DNA from: a virus
Lineage: Duplodnaviria; Caudoviricetes
Length of the DNA stretch: 39,413 bases
IMG/VR virus record: IMGVR_UViG_3300044568_001191
Location: 1 to 39,413 of that record
Strand: one strand, 5' to 3'
The position numbers and the translations under genes are program-made. This document shows positions 7,711-16,600 of this stretch, piece after piece. A model generated the notes under the pieces. That model was not told the origin of the DNA. It saw only the letters and a list, made by a program, of their open reading frames with translations, and searched no databases. Numbering within the stretch: the stretch's first letter is position 1; each line of letters begins with the position of its first letter.

Positions 7711-7730
7711 AAATGCACATTGCATGGTCA

Positions 7731-7909
7731 TACTCGTATTACTGGTCATACCGCGCTGACAAGAAAAAGTTTTAGAAAAAATCAAGTGGGGTATTCACCT
7801 AGCTTTACTTTTCTATTGACACGCTCATAAATACTATCTCTGCGGACGTATTTATTTTTTTACGTTCGGAAATGAAAATTTGCTTTTTGGAATACTCGGT
7901 ATTACTGGT
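7731..7909. promoter_or_regulatory. Divergent control region with paired operator-like repeats
   Basis: TACTCGTATTACTGGT (7731-7746) and TACTCGGTATTACTGGT (7893-7909) each lie next to one divergent start. The spacer is AT-rich. Confidence 0.6.
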
Positions 7910-7914
7910 GTCTT

Positions 7915-8187
7915 ATGAAAGACAACGAAAATGTCTCCAAGTTCACCATATCGCTAGAAAAAGACCTCTTCGATTGGGTCGAATCGCAGGTCGTTGCGAT
8001 TAACAAAAAAGACCGCAGAGCTAAGAGCAGTCGGAGCGCCGTCATCGCGCACGCCGTGCAAGCCATGAAAGAATCCGAAGAGGAAAAGTCCAAGAGGAGT
8101 GTTGGTGCAGTGATCCGTCCAGCCTCCGAGAATTCCGATACTGGGCGATCAATTCGAGCGAAGAAGAACTCCCGAAAGGCTGGCTAG
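7915..8187 (+). CDS. Ribbon-helix-helix repressor (CI-position gene)
   Basis: KFTISLEKDLFDWVE...SRSAVIAHAV fits the RHH pattern. It is the only convincing plus-strand gene and is divergent from the early operon. Confidence 0.75.
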   Translation: MKDNENVSKFTISLEKDLFDWVESQVVAINKKDRRAKSSRSAVIAHAVQAMKESEEEKSKRSVGAVIRPASENSDTGRSIRAKKNSRKAG

Positions 8188-8280
8188 GAAAAGTCATTGA
8201 CCTAACTAACAGCGAAGACCCTTTGTGCCAAGATACTTACCCAGACAAAGGCGGGGGGGGGGGTAAGTTGCTGCTTTTAA

Positions 8281-8457
8281 TTACTTTACCTTCGCTCTGT
8301 TCTCAAGCACTTTGGCAATGAGACGCTCCCTGTTTTTTTGATACCAATCTGACTTCCGTTTCGCCTCGGCGTTTTTGAATGCAAGGTCGGTGGCGTACTT
8401 CGTCCTGTACTGCCGAGCCATGAATTTTTTCTGCGTTTGCTTGTCTTGGTATGGCAT
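8281..8457 (-). CDS. Small basic protein (58 aa, not in ORF track)
   Basis: MPYQDKQTQKKFMARQYRTKYATDLAFKNAEAKRKSDWYQKNRERLIAKVLENRAKVK. Starts 1 nt after the integrase stop. Confidence 0.6.
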   Translation of the reverse strand: MPYQDKQTQKKFMARQYRTKYATDLAFKNAEAKRKSDWYQKNRERLIAKVLENRAKVK

Positions 8458-8458
8458 A

Positions 8459-9460
8459 TCAAATCTTCCAGAATGCTTTCCAATCGGCTCTCACGGCAGG
8501 AACGGCATAGACACGTTGCACCATCGTGGGAGATGTATGCCCCATCTGGTATGCCGTGAGACCAGCATTGCCACAACGTGCCAGATGGTAAGTCGCGAAC
8601 GAATGCCGCATCGCATTGTCGGGCCAACCCTCCCATCCCAACGCCAACACAACCTTCCTCCTTCGCTCGTAGAGCGCCTCCAGCGACCCGCTCACAATCT
8701 GCCCTGTCTTCTTCTCGAAAAACTTTTTGCGCTTCATCAGCGGTTCAGTCATATCGACCACCCGCTCCAGCATACCTTCATGCTGTTTGGAGACTTCCTT
8801 GCGGATATAGATTTGCTTTGTCTTCACATCGATATCTTCCCAATTCATCCGAGACACCTCTATAGTCCGCAGGCCCGCGAACCCACCCAAAAGGATAAGC
8901 GCCTTTACATCGTCCGGCATCGGAGCCTTGAGAAGGGATATCATTTTTTCAGCAGTCAAAATATTCCTTCCCGGAGTTGCTCTTGGAGGTCGAACTCCAT
9001 CGAGCGGCGAGCGGTCAATGAACCGCATGCGATAGCACCAGCGGAAAAACATCCGCGCATAACGAAACCACATCGACCGGCTCGTCTCCGTCTTACCCAT
9101 GTCCTTCACCCATCGCTCTACCTCAATCGAGGTCACATCATCGATGCGACACTTGAATTGCCGCATAAGCGCAATCTGGGTTGCTGCCACCTTATCTCTG
9201 TGGCTTTTACTTTTTCCATCCACTCCCCTAGCCCACAATGTCGCGGCCTGCGATACCGTTACTCCCTCCCTATCCGTCAAAGATTGTGTGCCTTTTTCGC
9301 GAATAAGTGACACCAACCTTTCCCCCTCCTCAAAAGCTTCCTGTTCGGAAGCAAAGAATCTGCGTATTTTTTTTCCTGCAAACGCCGACCTCACCTCCAG
9401 CTTCCACGGAGAGACAGGTCGAAGAGGGTAAGGCGACACGATAAATGGGGTTAGGATCAT
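8459..9460 (-). CDS. int: Tyrosine integrase
   Basis: GLRTIE (R), NAMRHSFATY, MGH and RVY catalytic set. Adjacent to attP. ATG at 9460 is preferred over the 9508 start. Confidence 0.92.
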   Translation of the reverse strand: MILTPFIVSPYPLRPVSPWKLEVRSAFAGKKIRRFFASEQEAFEEGERLVSLIREKGTQSLTDREGVTVSQAATLWARGVDGKSKSHRDKVAATQIALMRQFKCRIDDVTSIEVERWVKDMGKTETSRSMWFRYARMFFRWCYRMRFIDRSPLDGVRPPRATPGRNILTAEKMISLLKAPMPDDVKALILLGGFAGLRTIEVSRMNWEDIDVKTKQIYIRKEVSKQHEGMLERVVDMTEPLMKRKKFFEKKTGQIVSGSLEALYERRRKVVLALGWEGWPDNAMRHSFATYHLARCGNAGLTAYQMGHTSPTMVQRVYAVPAVRADWKAFWKI

Positions 9461-9470
9461 ATTGTTTATT

Positions 9471-9500
9471 GTTGCTCGCTGTTGTCCGCTGTTGTCCGCA
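9471..9500. repeat. Integrase arm-type repeats (left)
   Basis: GTTGCTCGCT-GTTGTCCGCT-GTTGTCCGCA with a 10-bp period. Confidence 0.6.
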
Positions 9501-9585
9501 AGCTGCACTTAAAAGCCAATATTAACCAAAATGAACAAACATCAAGCAACAATAAAGAGAGTCTGTCTGAGTGCTTAGATAAAGG

Positions 9586-9604
9586 CTCTAGACGCTGTCT
9601 AGAG
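9586..9604 (-). terminator. Hairpin just downstream of the attP tRNA fragment
   Basis: CTCTAGAC-3nt-GTCTAGAG, followed on the minus strand by CCTTTAT. Confidence 0.4.
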
Positions 9605-9605
9605 G

Positions 9606-9666
9606 TGGCGGAAGGGGCGGGATTCGAACCCGCGGTAGGTTACCCTACGTTCGATTTCGAGTCGAA
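9606..9666 (-). mobile_element. attP core: 3' portion of tRNA-Ser(CGA)
   Basis: Minus strand shows the anticodon arm TTCGA-CT-CGA-AA-TCGAA, a long variable arm, the T arm GCGGG-TTCGAAT-CCCGC and CCCTTCCG-CCA. The 5' acceptor strand and D arm are absent. Confidence 0.88.
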
Positions 9667-9700
9667 AAACAGGCGTTGGCTTGCAAAGCTTTGCGATGAC

Positions 9701-9720
9701 GTTGTCCATTGTTGTCCATC
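9701..9720. repeat. Integrase arm-type repeats (right)
   Basis: GTTGTCCATT-GTTGTCCATC share the GTTGTCC core with the left set. Confidence 0.6.
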
Positions 9721-9809
9721 AAGGGCATTTTCAACGACTTGCTAAAGTCCGATCAATGAGTTACATACACAGAATTCGACTTTTAGTCGAAAAGGGGAGT
9801 TTGGCGCTG

Positions 9810-10325
9810 TCAAACTGCCACAGGGCGGATGCGGATGAAATTTCTGGCGAGTGTTTTATGGCGCACCTTTCGCCAAACCCCGTCTCCCGATTCCGAGTCT
9901 CGCTCGCCGCGACCATTCGTGTTTCCTTCCAGAGTCACGATCTGGTAACCCGAATCGCTTTCGACGATGCCGACATGCGAGAAGTCGAAGACGACGATGT
10001 CGCCGGGCTTCGCCCACTCACGGTCGTGTAAAATGATGGAGGTCTTCGGGCGGGCCTTGGCCCAACCGATCATTCCGTAGGCGAGCGCGGTCTTGGGACG
10101 CCATTCCTCCGGCGTGGAGGATTGGAGGTTGAGCCACTCGCGGACTCCGTGCTTGTCGAGCCACTGAGCAACGCACCAGTCAACGAATGCCGCGCACCAT
10201 GGCCAATCGGCAGGCTTGAGGTCGGTCGCTTTCTGGAAGTTTCGGATCGGGGCGCCGTTGTTGTTGCCGCCCACTTCACGGACTCCGACCTGCGATGCCG
10301 CGATCTCTGCGAGGAGTTGGTTCAT
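9810..10325 (-). CDS. Endolysin, CHAP domain
   Basis: WPWCAAFVDWC (Cys), GDIVVFDFSHVGIVE (His), TLEGNT. Confidence 0.9.
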   Translation of the reverse strand: MNQLLAEIAASQVGVREVGGNNNGAPIRNFQKATDLKPADWPWCAAFVDWCVAQWLDKHGVREWLNLQSSTPEEWRPKTALAYGMIGWAKARPKTSIILHDREWAKPGDIVVFDFSHVGIVESDSGYQIVTLEGNTNGRGERDSESGDGVWRKVRHKTLARNFIRIRPVAV

Positions 10326-10486
10326 TTGCTGGAGGTAGGCAGTGGCAACTCGTAGCAGAACGTCCCGTAGTCAGTCCGCACGCAGACAGAGGGATTATTC
10401 ATCCCCGCACAGCTAGTGAGGAATGCCATGCCCAAGAAGGCGAATGAAAAAACAATCATCCACAGAGCGATGGATTTCGCGCTCAT
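10322..10486 (-). CDS. Small lipoprotein (possible spanin component)
   Basis: MSAKSIALWMIVFSFAFLGMAFLTSC has a signal peptide and LTSC lipobox. Located between holin and endolysin with ATGA overlaps. Confidence 0.65.
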   Translation of the reverse strand: MSAKSIALWMIVFSFAFLGMAFLTSCAGMNNPSVCVRTDYGTFCYELPLPTSSK

Positions 10487-10647
10487 TTCTCTTTGCGAAA
10501 AACTTCGATGAGTCCGATGATTGCGGCAAGCGTCGATCCGATAGCGTCCCACTTAGACGGGTCTAGGCTTATACCCACCACGCTACCAATTATCGCGATC
10601 CCGCGAATCGTAGACGGTTCTTTGAGCTTGAGTATTAGATGGTTCAT
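10483..10647 (-). CDS. Putative holin (54 aa, not in ORF track)
   Basis: MNHLILKLKEPSTIRGIAIIGSVVGISLDPSKWDAIGSTLAAIIGLIEVFRKEK has two TM segments and a charged C-terminus. Confidence 0.75.
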   Translation of the reverse strand: MNHLILKLKEPSTIRGIAIIGSVVGISLDPSKWDAIGSTLAAIIGLIEVFRKEK

Positions 10648-10655
10648 GTTGATTT

Positions 10656-10670
10656 GGTATCAGTCAAAAC
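10656..10670 (-). promoter_or_regulatory. Conserved 15-bp box, copy 3
   Basis: Exact copy, 8 nt before the holin ATG. Confidence 0.75.
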
Positions 10671-10680
10671 AAGTAATGTG

Positions 10681-13600
10681 TCAATCTTCGGTTTTGGCGT
10701 TTTCGTAGAGTCCCATGACCGGCTTGACCATGTTCAGCAGTACGGCTGGCGCTGCCATTGCTGGCGAGAGCGCCATCGAGCGGAAGATGTTGTTCCACTC
10801 TTTGAACATAGCGTCTGGGTCGTCGAGGTCGAAGGCGTCTTCTAGATTGTTCCCCGCCCGCACCCCCTGCTCCATGGCAGAGAGTAATGGATTTTGCGTG
10901 GTGCTGTTGAAAGTTTTCTGCCCTGTCAGTTTTGAAATGGCAAGCTCACCGAGAGTACCTGCGAAGAAGTACCCTTGCAGCGGGGCGAGGAGAATGGCCT
11001 TGGCAAATCCGCCGAGGTTCCAGATTTCCTCATCGTCGTCATCCGATAGACCATCACGGAATGCACTGGAGACCACATGGGAAAGTACGGCCATGGTTTC
11101 GATGGCAAGGATTCGGCGGATGTGTGTTCCCTTGTCACCACTCCCTGTAGCCAGTCCGCGAGCGGCATCGGCGAGGACGGCGGTTTTTAATCGTGCATCA
11201 GACATGAACAGGAAAAACATTTTGGCCATCACATTGCCGTTGTTTTCGATGATGCTTTTCTGACCGAAACTGACCGGCTGCGCGAATTGGTAAATGGCTT
11301 TACTGGCGGCATCGAGAGCAGTCTGTTTGGCGAGTTGTTCCGGCATTCCCGCTTTTAGCGCATCGATGAGGTTGGCTCGGTAAACGATGGCAGAGGAAAT
11401 CGATGTCGCGGCTGAATCCATCCAGTTGATTGGAGTCATCGATGCCTCGGCAATCTTCGCTGCGAAGTTCGGTTTTCCTGCGTAGCGAGAGAAGAGGAAT
11501 TTTGCCTCGGCAGTCGCTCCACCTTGGAGCCGGTTTTGGATAGCCTCCGATTCCCAGACGGTTTGGATGTCTTCTACGATTGTCGATGGGTTGGATAGCG
11601 CAGAAACAATCTGACTCATGTCGAGAGCGAGGCCGAACCGAATGCTGTTGTCCAACTGCATAGCCAGCGTCTTGAGGTTGAATCCCAGCGAGGAAACCGC
11701 TTTGCCGGACAGGACCGTGCCGAGGATGGTGTTCATCCATGTGGATTCGCGGGCCTTGTTGCCGCCTCGTTGTTCCATTTGGTCGGCCCAAAGTTCGGCA
11801 TCCTTTAGCACACTTTCTCCGTGGGTTTGTTTAATGGATTCGCGAACCTCCGGGTTGGAAAGGATGGCGCGGAATTCGCGAGCGAGTTCGGCGAAGTGGA
11901 CCCAATGGGCCTGTTGCGCGATGTGACCCTGCATGACATTGAGCGCATCTTCTGGCGCGATCTTAGCCGAGTGCGTGACACGGGATTTTGCAAAGCCGGG
12001 AGTCGTGCCAGTGGAGGACGGTGACCCATCGAGGCCGATATCCTTTGTGTCCTTGGCATTGATGAAGCGTGTTGGGGCGTAGTTTTTCACTTGCGGCATA
12101 TTCATGCCGAACATCCGCGAATAGACTGGATTCACGATGCCTGCGCCTTTGCCGTAGAGTTCCTTGGCGTAGGCCATGACCTCGCGGGATACGGGGTCGT
12201 TGACGAGCGCCTTGAGGTCGGCTGCACTATCATCGGTCCACCCTTCTTTTCTCATCTTAATTTGGACGTCTGGCTGATTCCATGAGAGCAAATACTGCAT
12301 TGCTTTGCCACGGGACATGTCGAGCTTCACATCCTCACCACGGAAGATGACACGCTTGATGGTGACGAATTCCTTTTGCGTGTCGGCAGGGAGTGCGGCG
12401 AGTTCGTTGCGGAGGGTCTCCACATCGGAGTCGGTGAGCTTGCTTCGGTCGGCCTCGCCGGTGACGATCTTTTGAGCGAGGTCGATGGCAATGCGCTCGT
12501 CCTTGACCTTGCGGCCTTCAAGGTATGAGACGGCATTTTTCTGGTCGGCCTTGAGCCAGAGCATGGCATCAGCGGTTGACATGTTCGCAGCCTTTGCTCC
12601 TGCCCGGACGGCATCGATGATGCCCTTGCGATCACGGATTTCCGCTGCTTGCGAAGCTTCATCGGCCTTGCGGAGTCGGTCTGACCATTTTGTTGCAATT
12701 TCCGGCGGGAAGATTGCGGTGACGAACTGCTCAAAGTTTGCGTGTGAAAGCAAATAGTGGTTCGCCAGATCGCTTGCCAGTTCGGATTTGGTTTTGGTGG
12801 CGTTGCGTTTTTTTGCTGTGCCTTTTCCGAGCCATTCGATGGTCGCTGCGTTACGCGCACGCTGTTCATCGATGCGGGCCTGCTCTTTTATGCGCCACGC
12901 TTCGCGGCCCATTTGGAATTGTCCCTTGAGCCAATCGAGTCCCTGCGCGAGCGTCTCGGAGGATCGGTTGTCGAGGTCTCCAAAAGTGTTGAGGATCGAC
13001 CACTCTTCGGAGAGAGCGGAGATGTCTTCGGCGGTAGCGTCCGGCAGGGTGAGCGCAGCCTCGATCTCGGCCATGCGCTTGGCAGTAGCCTCGTCATCGA
13101 GGAGCGTAGCGCGGAGGACCGTATCGGCGAACTTCTGCGTCTCGGCTCCCAGCGTGGATTTGCGGACTCCGTTGTCACCGGCCTTCGGGCGGGATTGCTT
13201 CACGACCTTGGTGATGGCCTCGGTGTATTCGCGCACCAGCACCTTTTCGAGTTCGGTGTCCATGCGTTTGATGCGGTCGCGGAAGAAGTCGGCGATGCTC
13301 TTGTCGGCCCGCTTGGTGGAGAGATTCTCGGTGGCCTCGTAGCCCGGAGGGAAATCCACTTTCTTCCCGGCTTGCCCAATGTTCAAACCTTGATCCATCC
13401 ACGCGCTGATCAGCGCCCCTTTCATCCCGCTGACCTCGCTGATTTTCACTCCATCCTTTAGGACATCCATCGGCGCGATACCGGCGAGCTTGGTGTAGCC
13501 ACCCACCCTGCCGCGCACTTCGGGCGGGAGGACTGAGAGGATGCCGTCGAGTTCGCCGAGGGCTTGTAGGATTTGCGTGCGGCGGATTTGCGAGTCGTCG

Positions 13601-16600
13601 GAGCCGGTGTCGGCCATCGCGGCGAGTTCGTCGGAATTCCACGCCATGAGCTTTGAGAATTTAGCCTTGGCCCGCTGGTAGACCTTGAGACGCTCGTCTG
13701 GGCCTCGGTTCATGCCGCCCAGCGCCTTGTTCACCCGGTCGATCTCCGACTGGCTGGCTATGGAGTAGTTTACTCCTCCGCTTCCATCTCCGCCCTTGCG
13801 TCCTTGTCGAACTCCAGATTGAACACTTCCTGCGGAGTTAGCGTTCTGCCCAGCATTTTTTCCCACGCTCCCTTGGATTCCCGAATTGGCGCTACCCACT
13901 CTGGCCCATTCTGGGGGAGTGATTCCCAGCTTGATGATTTGAGTTCTTGCAGAGTTAGCATCTTGAGAAGATTGCCATATTTTGGCGATATTTGCAACAA
14001 AGTTCTTGTCTCGCTTCTTGACATCGGTGAACAGCCCACGGATCGCTTCCCATGTGATGGATTGCATCTGCCGAGGCATTACTTTCCGAGCCGCAGCCGC
14101 TTCGCGCAGGGCTTCGTGGAAGAGCCAATAGGTTCCAGAGTTGCCTCCACCCGCCACACCCGCACCACCGAAGTTTAGATTGACCAAATACCCCTTGTTT
14201 CCCATCGGGAAAAGCACGGCGGCATTCACTGCGTGAGTGTCCACGGTGGCGTCTCCATATGGAGATGTGGGGGCGACGATGTTGTTGTAGAAGTTCCGAA
14301 TCTTGTGTTCGGTTCCCAGCACCTTGGAAATGTTTTTGGCGCTTCCGTCCTCGTAAATGGAAATCGCCTTTTCGATGAAAGTATAAGATTGCCACACCAA
14401 CTTCTTGTTTGTGCCGTTGAGGTTTTTGCGTATTCCAAGAGACTCCCCTTCTGGAGACAATACATCATGCGTCAGCCCATGCACATGTGTTGACATGAGC
14501 CGAACGGCAACTGCGGTGACTTTTCTTCCTTCCTCAGTTTTGTCGGCCAGAAGCTGTGAAATAGAGCGGCCTTTGATCTTCTTAAATGCTTTGCGGAGAT
14601 CGCTCTCGTTTTCGGCGGCAGTGAGCATCTCACTCATAGCATTGCCCACCGTAGCTTTTGAAATCTGCGTGTTCTTGTGGTTAGCCATCACATCGGCAAA
14701 CCTCTGACCCATTGCCACATTCTGGAACCAATCCTTCATCGGGCTGAATACCGCGATGACGGCTGATGATTGCTCAATAGTTAGCCCATACAGGTCACGA
14801 ATCCCTTCAGCGAGTAACCTTGCTCCATCATACCAATGCGTGGAGCGGATCACATAGTCGTGTGATAGATCATCAAATGCATCATAGAGGGCCAAGAGGT
14901 TTCCCTTTTGGAAATCGATGAAGGCCCGCATCCTCTCCTCTGGGTTTTGGAATTTGGTGATGAACTCTGGCAAAGGAACCCCATCGACAAAATGCGTGAG
15001 CATAGCCATTTGCTTTTCAAGTTCCTTTGCATTGATCGTAGCTATGCCGTCATTGGTGTCTTGCGTTGTGGGCTTGACCTTGCCCTGCCACGCAGTGCCG
15101 ACCCTGCTGCCGTCATGTTTTGGGTCTTCCTTGGTAATCTCATCGAAGCGAATGCCTCCGGCTGATTTCTTTTTTCCGATGCTGTAGTTGATGTTCGGGC
15201 TTGTCGGATCGAATGTGCCGCGATTGCCGGTGGCGGATTTGACCTGCGTCTCGTTGAAGGGAATCCAAACTTGGTGTTGCACGCCACCGCGCTTGCCGCC
15301 GGTGTCTTTGATTCCATCGTAACCGAAAGTCGAAAGGGTTTCTGTCACCCAATCTGGAATGCGTGTCCATGCGTGTGTCGATCCCTTGGCCATGTCCTCT
15401 TTCAATGCGGCCATCCACTCGTTTCCGCTGATGGTATTCTTGTCCCATGAATCAGCATTTTTACCCGCTGATTGCTTTGCCCGCTTGCGCTTCCCTGCTT
15501 GTTCCAAAGCAGAAATGACATCGGTTGGGATGTCTGCCGTATCGAGAGGGTTTTTGATGTCAAGATAGACAGGGTAAACCGCAGACCGGACCGAATTTGG
15601 ATCGTCCAGCGATGCGCCTTTGACGCCCGCCGCTTGCAATACTTCTAAAAACTTTTCCTCTTGGTTGAAAAGTGACCCGCTGGAAAGCCACATTTCGACC
15701 ATGGCGCGGAGAGCATTACCGCGAGCTTGGCGCAGTTCGTAGTCGATGCTGTCGCGTGACATGATGCTCTGGGAATCCGCAACAATCGGGCCGGTATATT
15801 CATCAGCGTTGGAATACCCCACGGTGTAGATGCGCTCCTTGATGGTGGCGCGTTCTGCCTCCGATAGGTTCCACCATGCTTGGTCGATATTGACCGGCGA
15901 ACGCATTCCCTTCCCTTTCCACTTGAACCACCCAGCGTAGTCGGAAGGCATCTCCATAGATGTGTCCATCTTTCCCGTTGCGTAAGACGAAGCAACTTCT
16001 GGATCACTCGTAAAATAAGCCATCGGTCCAGAGGTTGCGCGGGATTTTCGGAAGCGATCCCCCACTCGATCCGGCCTTTGAGTTCCGTGGAAAACGATTT
16101 GAGGTTTCCCATCTTGATCGACCACCTTGGAGGAAGTCTGCGGATCGTTTTCCCAATCTCCGAACCATCCCTTGAATGGCGTTGTCCCAATGCTGTAGTT
16201 GGTCGCGCCGGTATCAGTCAAAACATCACTGGCAACCCGCTCGCGTGCGGTATCGACACGCGCCTGCTGGTTGAGGCCAACCGAGTCGGCGAGGAAGGAT
16301 TCAAAGTTGGCGTCCACCTTGCCCTCGGCGATGGCGCGTTTGAGGTTGTAGGCGCGGCGGTAGATGTCTTTCACGACGATGGCCATCCGGCGCAGGAATC
16401 CACGGAACCCAGCGGGAATCTGCTCCTCGCGAATGCGCCCTGTCATGTAGGCCAAGGCGACATCAGAAAATGACTCGATGACATCGGTGTCAGTCTCGGT
16501 GCGGAGAGTGTGGCCCGTGATGCGCTCGCTATCGATGAGCGGGATGACTTGGTTGAGGTTCTCTCGCACCCAGTCCATGGTGATGCGTTGCTCCGCGATG

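Noticed and set aside
7816-7837. TTGACA...TACTAT as a sigma70 promoter
   Set aside because: The spacer is only 10 nt, so exact promoters in the switch region cannot be assigned.
8375-9310. 311-aa plus-strand ORF
   Set aside because: It is antisense to the integrase and has no recognisable motifs, so it is a shadow ORF.
9606-9666. Functional tRNA-Ser gene
   Set aside because: The 5' acceptor strand and D arm are missing, so it is interpreted as the attP core.
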